64,000 bases of DNA from a virus (IMGVR_UViG_2703718777_000015), one strand, 5' to 3'. Shown: positions 1 through 10,622, counted from the first letter of the stretch. Notes: a model not told the origin generated them from the sequence alone. Made by a program: numbers and translations.

Positions 1-10
1 TGGTACCGAG

Positions 11-36
11 TTCTCTTAAACCAAGGTTTAGGATTG
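11..36. other. cix-type crossover site for the Cin invertase
   Basis: Imperfect inverted repeat TTCTCTTAAACC-AA-GGTTTAGGATTG overlapping the 3' end of cin, same architecture as hix/gix sites; coordinates approximate. Confidence 0.55.
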
Positions 37-588
37 AAATGATGACGCCGGAAACTTCTTATAAAGCGTGGAAACAGCCACATCATAGATGATTGCAACC
101 TGCTTACGGGGGATGCCCTTCTCCAGCAATCGCCGCATTTGCTGCCATGTTTCTTCCTGGTATTTAGGCCGACGCCCACCTATACGACCTTCTGCGCGAG
201 CTACATCAAGTCCAGCGCGTGTACGTTCAACGATAAGCTCACGTTCCATTTCTGCCAGCGCCCCCATTACGTGAAAGAAAAAGCGCCCCATTGGTGTACT
301 GGTGTCGATGGAGTCAGTGAGACTCCGGAAATTAATGCCTCTGTCACGCAGCTCTTCCACCAGCACAACTAAGTGACGCATGCTGCGCCCAAGACGGTCT
401 AACTTCCATACGACCAGGGTATCACCTCTGGAAAGCATACGGAGTACCTTTTTTAACCCAGGGCGCTCAGCCTTTTTGCCGCTCGCCTTGTCCTCAAAAA
501 TTAGCTCACATCCTGCGCTTTCAAGAGCGTTTCGTTGTAAAGCAGTGTTTTGTTCATTTGTTGATACGCGTACATAGCCTATTAGCAT
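28..588 (-). CDS. cin: Serine-recombinase DNA invertase Cin (Hin/Gin/Pin family)
   Basis: 186-aa ORF starting MLIGYVRVSTNEQ (catalytic Ser motif), near-identical in layout to Gin/Cin invertases. Confidence 0.9.
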   Translation of the reverse strand: MLIGYVRVSTNEQNTALQRNALESAGCELIFEDKASGKKAERPGLKKVLRMLSRGDTLVVWKLDRLGRSMRHLVVLVEELRDRGINFRSLTDSIDTSTPMGRFFFHVMGALAEMERELIVERTRAGLDVARAEGRIGGRRPKYQEETWQQMRRLLEKGIPRKQVAIIYDVAVSTLYKKFPASSFQS

Positions 589-715
589 ATTTTCTGCTCA
601 CTATCGTTATTTATAGCAAGCTGCGGATTTTAATTAACAAAAACCAGTATGTGTGGAAATCACAAAGTACATACCGTTTCCCAATGATATTTAATTCACT
701 ATTAAGGAAATAGTT

Positions 716-997
716 ATGTGTGATTTCACAATAATGCTCCTCTCCATCCTTGGCGGGGTGCATTCGTTTCTGAATGGGGTTTGTGAAAAACGTTACGAAG
801 CGTCATGCAGGCAATTGATGGCCGAGTGTATTGCTGCCGTACTTGCAGGCTTTATAGGCATGTATTTCGCGGAATATAAGGGTATGGATGAAAGTCTTCA
901 GAATTGCGTGACTATTATTTGCAGCATCAATAACAGGCTCATTCTTGAAAAGTTACAAAGGATTATCGATTCGTACCTCAATAGAAATGCCTCTTAA
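716..997 (+). CDS. Small hydrophobic protein in lysis-determinant region (holin-like?)
   Basis: 93-aa ORF with hydrophobic segments, upstream of lydA/lydB-like genes. Confidence 0.35.
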   Translation: MCDFTIMLLSILGGVHSFLNGVCEKRYEASCRQLMAECIAAVLAGFIGMYFAEYKGMDESLQNCVTIICSINNRLILEKLQRIIDSYLNRNAS

Positions 998-1064
998 GCA
1001 ACAAATGACCGGTTGAGAAGTTACTTTGCATACCATTACCTCCTGACAACGTAGGAGGGAACTT

Positions 1065-1394
1065 GTGCTTGACACACAGGAATTAGCTCCAGTTGCTATT
1101 GCGCTCCTGCTTTCAGTAATTGGTGGGATAGGCACGTTCCTGATGGATGTCCGAGACGGTCGCCAGTCTGGCAATTTGTTGGGATTGGTTACGGAGATCT
1201 TTGTTGCAGTGACAGCTGGCGCGGTGGCGTACCTATTGGGGCAACACGAGGGCTGGGAGTTATCAATTACGTACTTAATGGTAACGATAGCCAGCAATAA
1301 CGGTCATGAGGTGATTTCAGGGATGAAACGAGTGAATATCGATAGCATTCTGAATGTTCTTACAAGTTTGGTGAAAAAGGGAGGCGGAAAATGA
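1065..1394 (+). CDS. lydA: Holin-like membrane protein (LydA-like)
   Basis: 109-aa ORF with two predicted TM segments, immediately upstream of and overlapping the 147-aa lydB-like ORF; GTG start in track. Confidence 0.5.
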   Translation: MLDTQELAPVAIALLLSVIGGIGTFLMDVRDGRQSGNLLGLVTEIFVAVTAGAVAYLLGQHEGWELSITYLMVTIASNNGHEVISGMKRVNIDSILNVLTSLVKKGGGK

Positions 1395-1834
1395 TTGGCT
1401 GGGGTGTATGCGTTCTTGCGTTAGCCTTAGCCGATCGCTATTTGCTAAAACGCAAGGACATCACGCATTTAGAACTTGGTGATGTGGAAATTAAACCGGG
1501 TTTCATCCGGGTGCCGTTCAAATACCGGTCTAAATTCCCGTTTTTGCGCGGCGCAACGGTCAGATATTGGATCCGCGATGTTCAGAAGCCGACGACAGTG
1601 ATTGAAGGCGAACAACGTTGTCTGACGTCGGCTGAACAGGGCGAAAACAGTGAATGGTTGTACATACCCACTGAATATATGGGTAAAGGAGAGCGACTGT
1701 GGCATTTCAACGTCATGGTTACGCATGGCGACTCGTTCATTAACCCGTTGTATCGGATTTTCCCTGTTACTCAGCAAATCCGCAGAAGTTACGTAATAAA
1801 TCTCGCACAGGATGTGTCAGATGACGAAAAATAA
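1391..1834 (+). CDS. lydB: Antiholin-like protein (LydB-like)
   Basis: 147-aa ORF, position and size match P1 LydB; translationally coupled to preceding ORF. Confidence 0.5.
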   Translation: MIGWGVCVLALALADRYLLKRKDITHLELGDVEIKPGFIRVPFKYRSKFPFLRGATVRYWIRDVQKPTTVIEGEQRCLTSAEQGENSEWLYIPTEYMGKGERLWHFNVMVTHGDSFINPLYRIFPVTQQIRRSYVINLAQDVSDDEK

Positions 1835-2423
1835 GTATGCAACGGTCGATTTTGACCAGGTTAATGAAAAGGGGCTGAAATCCCTTATCGCGGCGATCAA
1901 TAAAACCGGTGTTACGGTAATTGAGGTTGACTCCAGCAACCGCGCAACAACGAAAGATGGCGTTAAAGTTAAAACCGCAAAGCTGGTTCTTAACGACGGA
2001 CAAATTCTTGCCATACAGGTAAACGATACTGGCGATATATCGTCTGTGAAGCTGAATGGAAAAGCAATTCCTAACGCTCAGTCGCCGGATATCAAGACGC
2101 TTGGTACCGTCATGGGACAGGCGGCCCGCAAAAACTCCGCAAAATTCCAGAAATCACTGATCGCCAAAGCGAAGCGTGTTGCCAATCCGGTAGACAAGAA
2201 ACCGGCAGTTAAATCCAACTTTCAGCGCCTGCAAGAAGCAAAACAGCGGAATGCTCAGGTGGTTGCCGCTTATAAGTCCGCGCAGAATTCGGTGTCTTTC
2301 AATCAACAGCAGATCACTGATTTGCGGGCGAAGCTGGATAAGGAGACGGGCCGACTCAATAACGAAAAGGCACGGAATGGCGAACTCAAACGTCGTCTTA
2401 AGCAACTGAAAGCAGGAAATTAA
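1821..2423 (+). CDS. hdf: Hdf, homolog of a DarA fragment; first gene of darA operon
   Basis: ORF 1812..2423, likely start at second Met; shares KNSAKFQ-containing segment with the downstream 639-aa DarA-like protein. Confidence 0.6.
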   Translation: MTKNKYATVDFDQVNEKGLKSLIAAINKTGVTVIEVDSSNRATTKDGVKVKTAKLVLNDGQILAIQVNDTGDISSVKLNGKAIPNAQSPDIKTLGTVMGQAARKNSAKFQKSLIAKAKRVANPVDKKPAVKSNFQRLQEAKQRNAQVVAAYKSAQNSVSFNQQQITDLRAKLDKETGRLNNEKARNGELKRRLKQLKAGN

Positions 2424-2424
2424 C

Positions 2425-4344
2425 ATGGAACAGTTCAATATCAATAAAGGGGTGACGATCAAGCCTGGGCTTGACGTGCTTCCCCCGCCAGTGACTGATG
2501 ATGAATATCGCGCATTAATGGCCGGTGAGGACCGCTATCTGATGACGGAATCCAACACCCTGGAGGAAATCGAGGCTACGTTCTTCTATGACACGCCGAT
2601 CCACTGGTGTGCTACGGATTTACTGGAGGCGATTAGTTCTACTCGTTTGCAGTTACACCGGACCATGCAGGCATTTGTCCGGGCATTGAACCAGAAGCTG
2701 AATGGTACCGGAATCTCTGCGGGGAGTGATAAAACGGGGGATGTGGCCCAGAGCGGCGCGCGCGCGATCGGCGGCGCTGAAATTGGCCGGGCACGTAACG
2801 TTAACGGGCTGCCGGTCCTGCCAGCCATTATTCCGCTCAGTGATGGTCAGACTATCAGCATTCTGTTTCATAGCCCGACAGCGGAAAACCGGATCACCAA
2901 TAGCGATACGCTGGTTGCTTTCCAGTTCTTACTGAATAAAAAAGACGTTACTCACACCGTTGCTCCGATGAGTGGACGTGATATGACGCTGGCGCAGGTC
3001 ACCATGAAACTTGCCAACCTTGCAGAGAAAAACTCGGCAAAATTCCAGCGTGCGCAGAAGAAGAAAAAAGCCCTTGTTGATGAAATAACCCAACTACAGG
3101 CTGACAGTGACCAGAAAGAGGATGCCATGAGCGACCTCGCGGATCAGGTGGCAGCGGTAGAAGGGCAGAAGGCAGATCTGGAGCAGAAAATTAACGCTGT
3201 TGCATCGGAAGCGGATTCTCTTTATGAAGAGAATGAGCGTTTGCAGACGGAGATTGATCAGCTCAATCGCACTGGTGGGCGCGATACCATTGCTCCAGCG
3301 GGGATGACTGGTGGGCACTCTCGCGCGCTGACGGATCGCCTTGCCAGTATCAAAAATCGTATGCATATGGACGGGGAAGCGACGCTCAGTAATGGTGCAT
3401 CAATGAAGCAATTCATTGGGGATGGCGAAGGGTATATCCAGTTAACCGATCCGGATGGCAGCGTATACATGATCAAGGCTAAATCCATACAGGGTGTGGA
3501 CATGGCAGATGCGATCGGCAAGCTGTTTAAAGCCTATAAAGCGGGTAATGTATCGGAATATCTGGTCCAACCAGAAGAACATAAACCGGAAAACGTCGAA
3601 CCTGAACCAGCGGAGGATACCGGTAGCTCTTCGCCTGAACCAGAAGTCTCTGTAGGTGCATATCGATATGCCCTGCAAATGCGTCCGGCGGCCCCTGGCG
3701 CAATACCTGAAGGTAACAAAGCGATTCTGCCGCGCCCTGATGAAGGTGACCCGTATTATGAATATGCACGCTACGGCATTGCTACTTACGATACCCCGCT
3801 TTCTGATCAGCAAATGAGTGAGTACGACCTGAAGTTATTGCCTCGCGAGGATTCTTTCGACTTCCTGGCGAAGACACTTACTAATGGTCCGTTTGGCAAA
3901 TATGCACAAAAAGCTCTGGAGCTGGCCACCAGCTCACCAGACGAGTTCCGCGTAATGCTGAAAACTCAGTTTCAAAAAACTTTCCCCAATATTGCGTTTC
4001 CTGGGGGAGCTGGCACCGAGAAAATGGTGCAGAGCATGATCAATGCATTGCAGGCCGAAGTCGGTGAGATTACTCAGCCAGAACCGGCCCCGGCACAGCC
4101 TGATGAAACGGTTAGCGAAGCAGATGCAGAGGCTAATAAAGCCATTGAATATCTCAATAACGTGATGGATATGAAAAGCACTGACATGGCGGAGATCCGT
4201 AATGCCCGGGGTAATGTCCGGGAAGCGATTGCAGCCCTTCAGGCTGCCGGGCGTTTTGAGGAAAACGAAGAGCTGGTTAATGGCGCTGCTCGCCACCTGG
4301 CTGATCTGCTGGTAGCAATCCAGAAAGCGGGGGTAGCGGCATGA
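2425..4344 (+). CDS. darA: DarA-like capsid-internal antirestriction protein
   Basis: 639-aa ORF in hdf-darA-ddrA-ddrB arrangement characteristic of P1. Confidence 0.7.
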   Translation: MEQFNINKGVTIKPGLDVLPPPVTDDEYRALMAGEDRYLMTESNTLEEIEATFFYDTPIHWCATDLLEAISSTRLQLHRTMQAFVRALNQKLNGTGISAGSDKTGDVAQSGARAIGGAEIGRARNVNGLPVLPAIIPLSDGQTISILFHSPTAENRITNSDTLVAFQFLLNKKDVTHTVAPMSGRDMTLAQVTMKLANLAEKNSAKFQRAQKKKKALVDEITQLQADSDQKEDAMSDLADQVAAVEGQKADLEQKINAVASEADSLYEENERLQTEIDQLNRTGGRDTIAPAGMTGGHSRALTDRLASIKNRMHMDGEATLSNGASMKQFIGDGEGYIQLTDPDGSVYMIKAKSIQGVDMADAIGKLFKAYKAGNVSEYLVQPEEHKPENVEPEPAEDTGSSSPEPEVSVGAYRYALQMRPAAPGAIPEGNKAILPRPDEGDPYYEYARYGIATYDTPLSDQQMSEYDLKLLPREDSFDFLAKTLTNGPFGKYAQKALELATSSPDEFRVMLKTQFQKTFPNIAFPGGAGTEKMVQSMINALQAEVGEITQPEPAPAQPDETVSEADAEANKAIEYLNNVMDMKSTDMAEIRNARGNVREAIAALQAAGRFEENEELVNGAARHLADLLVAIQKAGVAA

Positions 4345-4706
4345 CACTATCAGCTATTGAGTTAATGGATCTCAGCGATAAGTTGGATGCTCTGATGTCC
4401 AAAGCGGCTACCGCGAGTGGCATGGAGTTGCTGGATATCAGCGATGAAATTGACCAGATCATGCAACAGATGGGGTACGGCGCGTCCGGCGGCAGTAGTG
4501 GCGAGGAAAAACAACCTTCGGTACATGATGGTGTGCCAAAACTGGTTGCTGATTTCCTGGCTGATAAATTCGTCGATCAGAGCACAGATGCATTTATCGG
4601 TACCTTGCAGGACTTGAGTCAATATGTTGGCACATACATCGACCTGGACCAGGTTAAACAGCACACGGCGGCATGGATAGCCGCCAACATTAAAGAGGCA
4701 GCATAA
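4341..4706 (+). CDS. ddrA: DdrA-like protein (darA operon)
   Basis: 121-aa ORF overlapping darA stop. Confidence 0.55.
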   Translation: MTLSAIELMDLSDKLDALMSKAATASGMELLDISDEIDQIMQQMGYGASGGSSGEEKQPSVHDGVPKLVADFLADKFVDQSTDAFIGTLQDLSQYVGTYIDLDQVKQHTAAWIAANIKEAA

Positions 4707-4718
4707 GGCGTAACAGGG

Positions 4719-7706
4719 ATGAGCTTAAGCGATCAGGTGGTTATGGCCACCAGCATAGAAACGCTGATCGAGCTGCTAAAGAACCTGCCCGATTATGGGC
4801 GGGTTTCGTATGTGGTGACAGCGAAGGGAGACGAGGTAAAAACAGCGTTTGATATCGTCGATGCCTCGGCTCTTTTGGTATCCAATACTCTGGACGGGAA
4901 AATTAATCCGGACTATCCCCAGGAACTTCAGCCGCGCGACCGGACCCGCGCATCCAGCCTTCTTCAGGTTAACCAGATATCCAAAGATTTGCGACCTGCT
5001 CAGCTTACCGATTCCGGTTTATCCAGCCATGGCGCGCCGATAATTGGTGAGGACAATGCCGTTGAGTCGGGTAATGGACGGACCATGGGGATCATTAAAG
5101 CCTATCAGGACGGCAATGCGGATCGGTATCGGGAGTATCTGATTGAACATGCGACCGAATTCGGCATACGACCTGAAAAGGTTGAATCAATGACGGCCCC
5201 GGTACTGGTGCGCCGCCGGTTAACTAAGGTTGACCGCGTTCAGTTTGCCAAGGACTCAAATATTTCTGATCTTCAGGAAATGGCAGCCAGTGAAAAGGCT
5301 TTTGTTGATGCCGACAACATAACTTCGGCGATGATGGCGCTGTTTAACCCGTCAGAAAGCGGAGATCTGCTTAGCCGCAGTAATGACGCGTTTATCCGCG
5401 GATTCATGACGCAAGTTGGTGCCACACAGGCTGCTGGCCTTGTAACGGAAGATGGGCGACCAACACGGCAACTTGTAGACCGTATACAAAACGCGATCTT
5501 TGCCAAGGCATATAAGGATGCGCGCCTAGTAAGGATGGTTGCAGAAGAACCTGATCCAGATATGCGTAATGTTCTGACGGCGCTTAATGCGGCAGCCAAT
5601 GATTTTGTCCAGATGCAGGCTTTATCAGGTGAAGCGCACAAGCAGGCTGTGACAACTATTGTTGATGGTATTGAGACAGCGGATAGTCTCGATAAAAAGG
5701 CGCTGGCGGCATTGAAAGATGCGGTAGACCTGGTAAGGCAATCGAAGGAGTCAGGCCAACATATTACCGATGTTATTGCTCAGGGGGATATGTTCAGCGA
5801 AACAGCCCCGGAAGTGAAAGCTCTCGCGTTGTTCATCGTCGCGAATAACCGTAGCGCGAAGCGTATGGCCACCGCCTTTAAATTGATGGCTCAACGTATC
5901 AATGATGAGTTACAGCACCAGGGCCAGGCGCTGGGGGATATGTTTGGCGGTGGTGATGTGTCGTTACAGGATATCCTTCGCCAGGTGTCTCAGGAACTGG
6001 AAAACGAAGGCATGCAAGGGATATCCGGCGGTCTTTTCGAGTCCGTTTCCGGCGGTAGTTACAACGGTGTTGCTCCATATACCAGTTTGCTATTACATCG
6101 GGCATCCGGCATCAAAGACATTATTCATCTGATCAGGCTGCTTTCCCGTACAGATCCCCAGGATGAACAGCTTGTACAAGTGCTTGCGCATTTTGTTCGA
6201 ATGCCTGTTGCCGACGTGAAAAAATGGTGCCGATTATTCGGTATCAGCAATTCGTTACTTCGCGGCTTGTTAAATCACGCATCCTCCCTTGGGCGCGATG
6301 GCTTTGACGAGATAGCGCAGGCGATAAAAAACGGAGATATGCCACCAGCTATTGACTGGTTTTCCATTCGCCCAACCAGGGTGAAAGCATTCCTTAGCGC
6401 GGCGCATTCGGCATCACCATTGGCAGAAATGGTTCAGAGGTTGTCGCTCATATTCACAGACCATACCGCGTTGGGTGATCTGACTCTGGACGAGATGAAA
6501 GAAGCCTCCATTCAGTGGGCCGATCAACAAAATGAGGTTAACTCAGACTTCTTGCCAGCATTCAGGAAGGCCGTTAGTAAAGCGGATGATGCCCGTGGAA
6601 TTCTGAAGGCATTTAAGGCATTGCAAAGTCGGGTTAATAAACATGTCGGTGATATTGATGGGGTAACGGCGGAAGGCAGGGATATCCTTAAAGAGCACGG
6701 CATAACGCCAGAGTTTATTGATGAGATCAGGACGGATATGCAGCGTGAGGTCGTATCGTCCCTGCAAATTGTAGCCAGAGCGTTGGCGGATGCTAATCCG
6801 AAGAGTGCGGCCATTGTTAACCGGGTTATTGGTGATATTGAAGCATCGGAGGGCATGGGGGCGCTGAAACTCTTCCTTTCGCGAGCGTTTAATCCTAACG
6901 GCAATATTCTCCCTGGCATTATTGGTGAGGCTAAAAAGTATGTCAGTGAAGAAGAACTTGAGCAGCTTGACCAACTACTTAAGCGATTCTCATATAACCC
7001 GCAGACACGCTGGCAAATGAATCAGCGAAGTATGGGTTCGGTCCACGAGAAAGTGTTATCTGCCATGAACAGTGCGATCGCAAACTCATCCGTATCTGAA
7101 GAAAAAGCTCTTGAGTGGGCCGACTCTTTTATCACGGAAGAAGTGGAAGAAGCCCGCGCTGGACAGAATGGTGGGATAGACCTGCGCAAGGAACTTGCTG
7201 ATATTTATCGCCTGACCGGCGGGAAAATATCGACCTTATCAAAAGTGGTTCACCACCAGGGAAGGGCATATGCAAATCTAAATGGTGTTGTTGCTGTCAA
7301 TTTGAACGATGAAAATGCAAGTGCACTGTGGCACGAGCTGGGTCATCATCTTGAGTACAGTAACCCTGGTTTGTTAGAGAAAGCCCGGTCATTCCTGAAG
7401 GCCAATGTTGAAGGAGATAAGCCATCTTTCGTTAATATCGGTGGGCGTGGCAAGCCTGAATGGTGCTTCAGATCTCGATTGAGTAATATTTATATGGCGA
7501 AGGTATACCCGCCAGTCTCAGTGAGTAACTCCGGGAAAATTCGGCAGAAATCACCGACCATTTCCAAAACGTCAGCAACGGAAGTATTCTCTATGGCTCT
7601 TCAGTTGTATCATGACAAAGAGGCCGCTGCCGCATCACTGATGAATGGTGACGGATTGCTGGAACTGTTATTAGGTGTGGCAAAGGAGCTAAATAATGCA
7701 GATTAA
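4719..7706 (+). CDS. ddrB: DdrB-like large antirestriction-associated protein
   Basis: 995-aa ORF following ddrA, no IS element between them. Confidence 0.55.
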   Translation: MSLSDQVVMATSIETLIELLKNLPDYGRVSYVVTAKGDEVKTAFDIVDASALLVSNTLDGKINPDYPQELQPRDRTRASSLLQVNQISKDLRPAQLTDSGLSSHGAPIIGEDNAVESGNGRTMGIIKAYQDGNADRYREYLIEHATEFGIRPEKVESMTAPVLVRRRLTKVDRVQFAKDSNISDLQEMAASEKAFVDADNITSAMMALFNPSESGDLLSRSNDAFIRGFMTQVGATQAAGLVTEDGRPTRQLVDRIQNAIFAKAYKDARLVRMVAEEPDPDMRNVLTALNAAANDFVQMQALSGEAHKQAVTTIVDGIETADSLDKKALAALKDAVDLVRQSKESGQHITDVIAQGDMFSETAPEVKALALFIVANNRSAKRMATAFKLMAQRINDELQHQGQALGDMFGGGDVSLQDILRQVSQELENEGMQGISGGLFESVSGGSYNGVAPYTSLLLHRASGIKDIIHLIRLLSRTDPQDEQLVQVLAHFVRMPVADVKKWCRLFGISNSLLRGLLNHASSLGRDGFDEIAQAIKNGDMPPAIDWFSIRPTRVKAFLSAAHSASPLAEMVQRLSLIFTDHTALGDLTLDEMKEASIQWADQQNEVNSDFLPAFRKAVSKADDARGILKAFKALQSRVNKHVGDIDGVTAEGRDILKEHGITPEFIDEIRTDMQREVVSSLQIVARALADANPKSAAIVNRVIGDIEASEGMGALKLFLSRAFNPNGNILPGIIGEAKKYVSEEELEQLDQLLKRFSYNPQTRWQMNQRSMGSVHEKVLSAMNSAIANSSVSEEKALEWADSFITEEVEEARAGQNGGIDLRKELADIYRLTGGKISTLSKVVHHQGRAYANLNGVVAVNLNDENASALWHELGHHLEYSNPGLLEKARSFLKANVEGDKPSFVNIGGRGKPEWCFRSRLSNIYMAKVYPPVSVSNSGKIRQKSPTISKTSATEVFSMALQLYHDKEAAAASLMNGDGLLELLLGVAKELNNAD

Positions 7707-8004
7707 AATCGCAGCGCCATTAGGCGGAGATGCCATTATCGAATTTGATGATAATGAAGAAGTTTCCGGGCGTTTAAGCATTATCTCCGGTGACATTACC
7801 GAGGACATGATCGCTGAAGCCATAGCTGGAGCAAATCCCAATAGCTATATGGGATTCGTTAACACCCTTGATGCTCCCGCAAGTGATGTTCTCCGAACGC
7901 TGCATCTTTATGCTGGCTGGTTTGTTGATTGGCCTGTTGTAGATGGTGGCGATGAGGACGACGACGATGATTTTGGTGATCATATAGACCAGATCATATA
8001 TTAA
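7696..8004 (+). CDS. Acidic small protein, last gene of darA operon
   Basis: 102-aa ORF overlapping ddrB stop, Asp-rich C-terminus. Confidence 0.4.
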   Translation: MQIKIAAPLGGDAIIEFDDNEEVSGRLSIISGDITEDMIAEAIAGANPNSYMGFVNTLDAPASDVLRTLHLYAGWFVDWPVVDGGDEDDDDDFGDHIDQIIY

Positions 8005-8006
8005 AG

Positions 8007-8033
8007 AAATCCCGCCAATCGGCGGGATTTTTA
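8007..8033. terminator. Bidirectional intrinsic terminator between convergent operons
   Basis: Hairpin AAATCCCGCC-AATC-GGCGGGATTT followed by T-run; approximate coordinates. Confidence 0.55.
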
Positions 8034-8035
8034 CC

Positions 8036-9130
8036 TCACGAGAAGCTCTTTTCTGATGTCAGCCAACAGTGCTCGTGCAAATCTCTTGGTGGTTTTTCGA
8101 CAAATGCCTCTTCAGCCACATCCTGCCAGGGGATTTGTTTAGCCCATTCAGCTATAGCGTTATGGTTTGCCGAGAATAACGGTATTGTATAGGCCTTCAG
8201 CCAGTCTAATGTGCTGGAGTTGTGTTTTTGAGCGTGATGTTTCGCATGGTGTTTGGCGATCACGATCGTAGGCACTACCCATTTACTACCGTCAGTCATT
8301 GTGAAGTGCATATTACGGGGAACAGATGACTTTTCCATCAACTCCCGAATCCCGGGAAATTTCCCCAAGATCAATCGGCGATATTCATCGCTATTGCGCC
8401 CACCAAACTCTTTGGCTTTGAATTCAAGATATGCTTCAGAAACGAGAGGTGAATCCTCTGTGTTTAGAGTTATCGCCGTGAAAAAACCAGCAGGATTGTT
8501 TTTACTATGGGCCAACCGGTGATGCGAATCATAAAAGTACCCTTTCTCGCGTTCCGATGGTTTCGACAGCAACAGCAGGCGCGAGTCATAATTGGTTAAA
8601 TTGCCAGTTATCACTGCATGAGCGCGATCGCTGATTTCCGCCGAGTTAATAACGATGAAAAGATCGTGCGGTCCAGTAAAACCAGCCAGAGACACTTCGT
8701 TATTCAGACAATAGGTTATATAGACGCATCCCCATATTTCACTGATATGCACCAACCCTTTGTCAGGGTGCATTCTGAAATGATTGCCAAGAAAAGGGTG
8801 TTTTTGGGTAACTTGCTCCCAATAACGGAACATATAGTCAATTATTGTTTTTCGACTATCGTTAATAGCAGGAGAAACAACCACTGTACGGGAACACGAA
8901 TACAGTATTGTTTGCAGGATGCTAATCACTGCCACAATAGAGGTTTCCCCAATACCATGTGGTGTGGTGGCAGTGACTTTGGCTCCGGTGTTCTTTATCG
9001 CGTTAATAATTTTTGCTTGATGAGGTGTTAACTCAATATCAAGCAACTCTTTCGCTGCCAGTTCCCAATTGTCTTTATACTGTTCTATCAGTGCTAACCA
9101 GGCAGGTTCATTCTGTATACGATTAGTCAC
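8036..9130 (-). CDS. Terminase large-subunit ATPase-domain paralogue with degenerate Walker A/B motifs
   Basis: 364-aa ORF; clear similarity to PacB (28367..29851) N-terminal half (e.g. GYFYDSHHRLA vs [24 protein letters not shown] vs [13 protein letters not shown]); P-loop reads PHGIGETS (PacB GHGTGKSD), Walker B reads IVINSAE (PacB YIIDEAS); no nuclease domain. Confidence 0.6.
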   Translation of the reverse strand: MTNRIQNEPAWLALIEQYKDNWELAAKELLDIELTPHQAKIINAIKNTGAKVTATTPHGIGETSIVAVISILQTILYSCSRTVVVSPAINDSRKTIIDYMFRYWEQVTQKHPFLGNHFRMHPDKGLVHISEIWGCVYITYCLNNEVSLAGFTGPHDLFIVINSAEISDRAHAVITGNLTNYDSRLLLLSKPSEREKGYFYDSHHRLAHSKNNPAGFFTAITLNTEDSPLVSEAYLEFKAKEFGGRNSDEYRRLILGKFPGIRELMEKSSVPRNMHFTMTDGSKWVVPTIVIAKHHAKHHAQKHNSSTLDWLKAYTIPLFSANHNAIAEWAKQIPWQDVAEEAFVEKPPRDLHEHCWLTSEKSFS

Positions 9131-9917
9131 TTTCCACCTCTTCCGTGGTGTTTTCTTGCAGTTCTGTTAATGCAGCACGACACAGGTTCCGGGCCTTGGC
9201 TATAGCCACACTTTTGACTTCATCTGTCATCGTGCAGGTAATGTACTGATCGAGTTCTTCAGCGCGGATGATGCTTTTGCCAATCAGAAACTGTATTTGC
9301 CAGAGCAGATCGGCATCCATAATCAGAATTTCTGCCGGGCCTTCAGGGCCAGCCGGGAAGGAAACATAAGACTGTTTGCCAAGGCCGATAACTCGACAAC
9401 TTGCTTCAAGAATTGCGCGCTTGAGGTCTGACTTTGTAACTGAAACAGGTTGATTTTCACCTGCGATTACGCCGTTGACATGGATGTGGAAGGGCATGTA
9501 GCTTGAAATTCGCTCTACTTTCCATACGCCAGCAAGCGATCCTTCATGCAGCACAATGGGGGTAACAGCGAGTTTCATCTCACCATATAACTGCTGGCAG
9601 ATAGCTGGATTGCTGAATACATCCAAAGGTTCACACTCAAACAGCGGTGCAATCTGCATGAGGTCCATCATGGTCATACCTGGGGTACGAGCGGTAATGA
9701 ATCTGCGCATGCCAGTATCCATTGTTCGCCAGATAGCTACACCATGCTTTTTGCTCACTTCTTCAGTAAAGCCAAGGTGGCACATGATGGTTTTTTCGAT
9801 AGCCAGATCAGAGATAGAAACCTTTTCGCCTGGCACTCCATCATTATTGATGGTCACTTCGACACTCTGGCCATTACGTAGGCGGTATTGAATGGTTTTA
9901 GTATTTTGTGCTGTCAT
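9123..9917 (-). CDS. Hypothetical protein, upstream partner of terminase-like gene
   Basis: 264-aa ORF overlapping the start of the 364-aa ORF by 8 bp (operon). Confidence 0.45.
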   Translation of the reverse strand: MTAQNTKTIQYRLRNGQSVEVTINNDGVPGEKVSISDLAIEKTIMCHLGFTEEVSKKHGVAIWRTMDTGMRRFITARTPGMTMMDLMQIAPLFECEPLDVFSNPAICQQLYGEMKLAVTPIVLHEGSLAGVWKVERISSYMPFHIHVNGVIAGENQPVSVTKSDLKRAILEASCRVIGLGKQSYVSFPAGPEGPAEILIMDADLLWQIQFLIGKSIIRAEELDQYITCTMTDEVKSVAIAKARNLCRAALTELQENTTEEVESD

Positions 9918-10114
9918 AGTCTTTTCTCTGCTTAAAAACTGATGTATTGCGCCTTCAGGTTGGTTAGGAATGTTTTCCCACCAGCGAAAGCAATATCTCG
10001 GGGTGTTCTATTCGTTAAAAGCGCGTGCCATTGCCAACTTTGGCGTTTTTGAGCGAGTTCGTGCTTTTGTCGGCGTCTGGACCACCGCTTTTCTTTCAGT
10101 CGTTTTTTACACAT

Positions 10115-10603
10115 TCAAAACGGAATATCGTCGTCAAAGTCCATTGGAGGTTCGTTATTGGCGTTGCTCTGAGGTTTACCGCCACCACTGTATTGCTGGT
10201 GGTTTTGAGGTTGGTTTGATTGCCCCCAGCCATTTGAGGACTGTGAATCGTCACGGCGAGCGCCGATCATTTGCATGGTGCCGCCCTGGCTGACGATAAT
10301 TTCCGTCGTGTAACGTTCTACACCGGCGTCATCTGTCCACTTACGGGTTTTAAGTTTCCCTTCGATGTAGACCTGAGAACCTTTTCGTAAATATTCACTC
10401 GCAATTTCAGCAAGTTTTCCGAACAAAACGACTTTATGCCATTCTGTTTGCTCTTTCTGTTGGCCCGTTTGCTTGTCGCGCCATGATTCATTCGTTGCGA
10501 TGCTGAGTCTTCCGACCGCGCCGCCATTTGGTATATACCTGATCTCCGGGTCTTGCCCCAGGGTACCAATCAGGATGACTTTGTTTACACCGCGTTGTGC
10601 CAC
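10115..10603 (-). CDS. ssb: Single-stranded DNA-binding protein
   Basis: 162-aa ORF with OB-fold SSB sequence and acidic C-terminal tail DFDDDIPF. Confidence 0.92.
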   Translation of the reverse strand: MAQRGVNKVILIGTLGQDPEIRYIPNGGAVGRLSIATNESWRDKQTGQQKEQTEWHKVVLFGKLAEIASEYLRKGSQVYIEGKLKTRKWTDDAGVERYTTEIIVSQGGTMQMIGARRDDSQSSNGWGQSNQPQNHQQYSGGGKPQSNANNEPPMDFDDDIPF

Positions 10604-10622
10604 TTATCTTACCTAATAAAAT

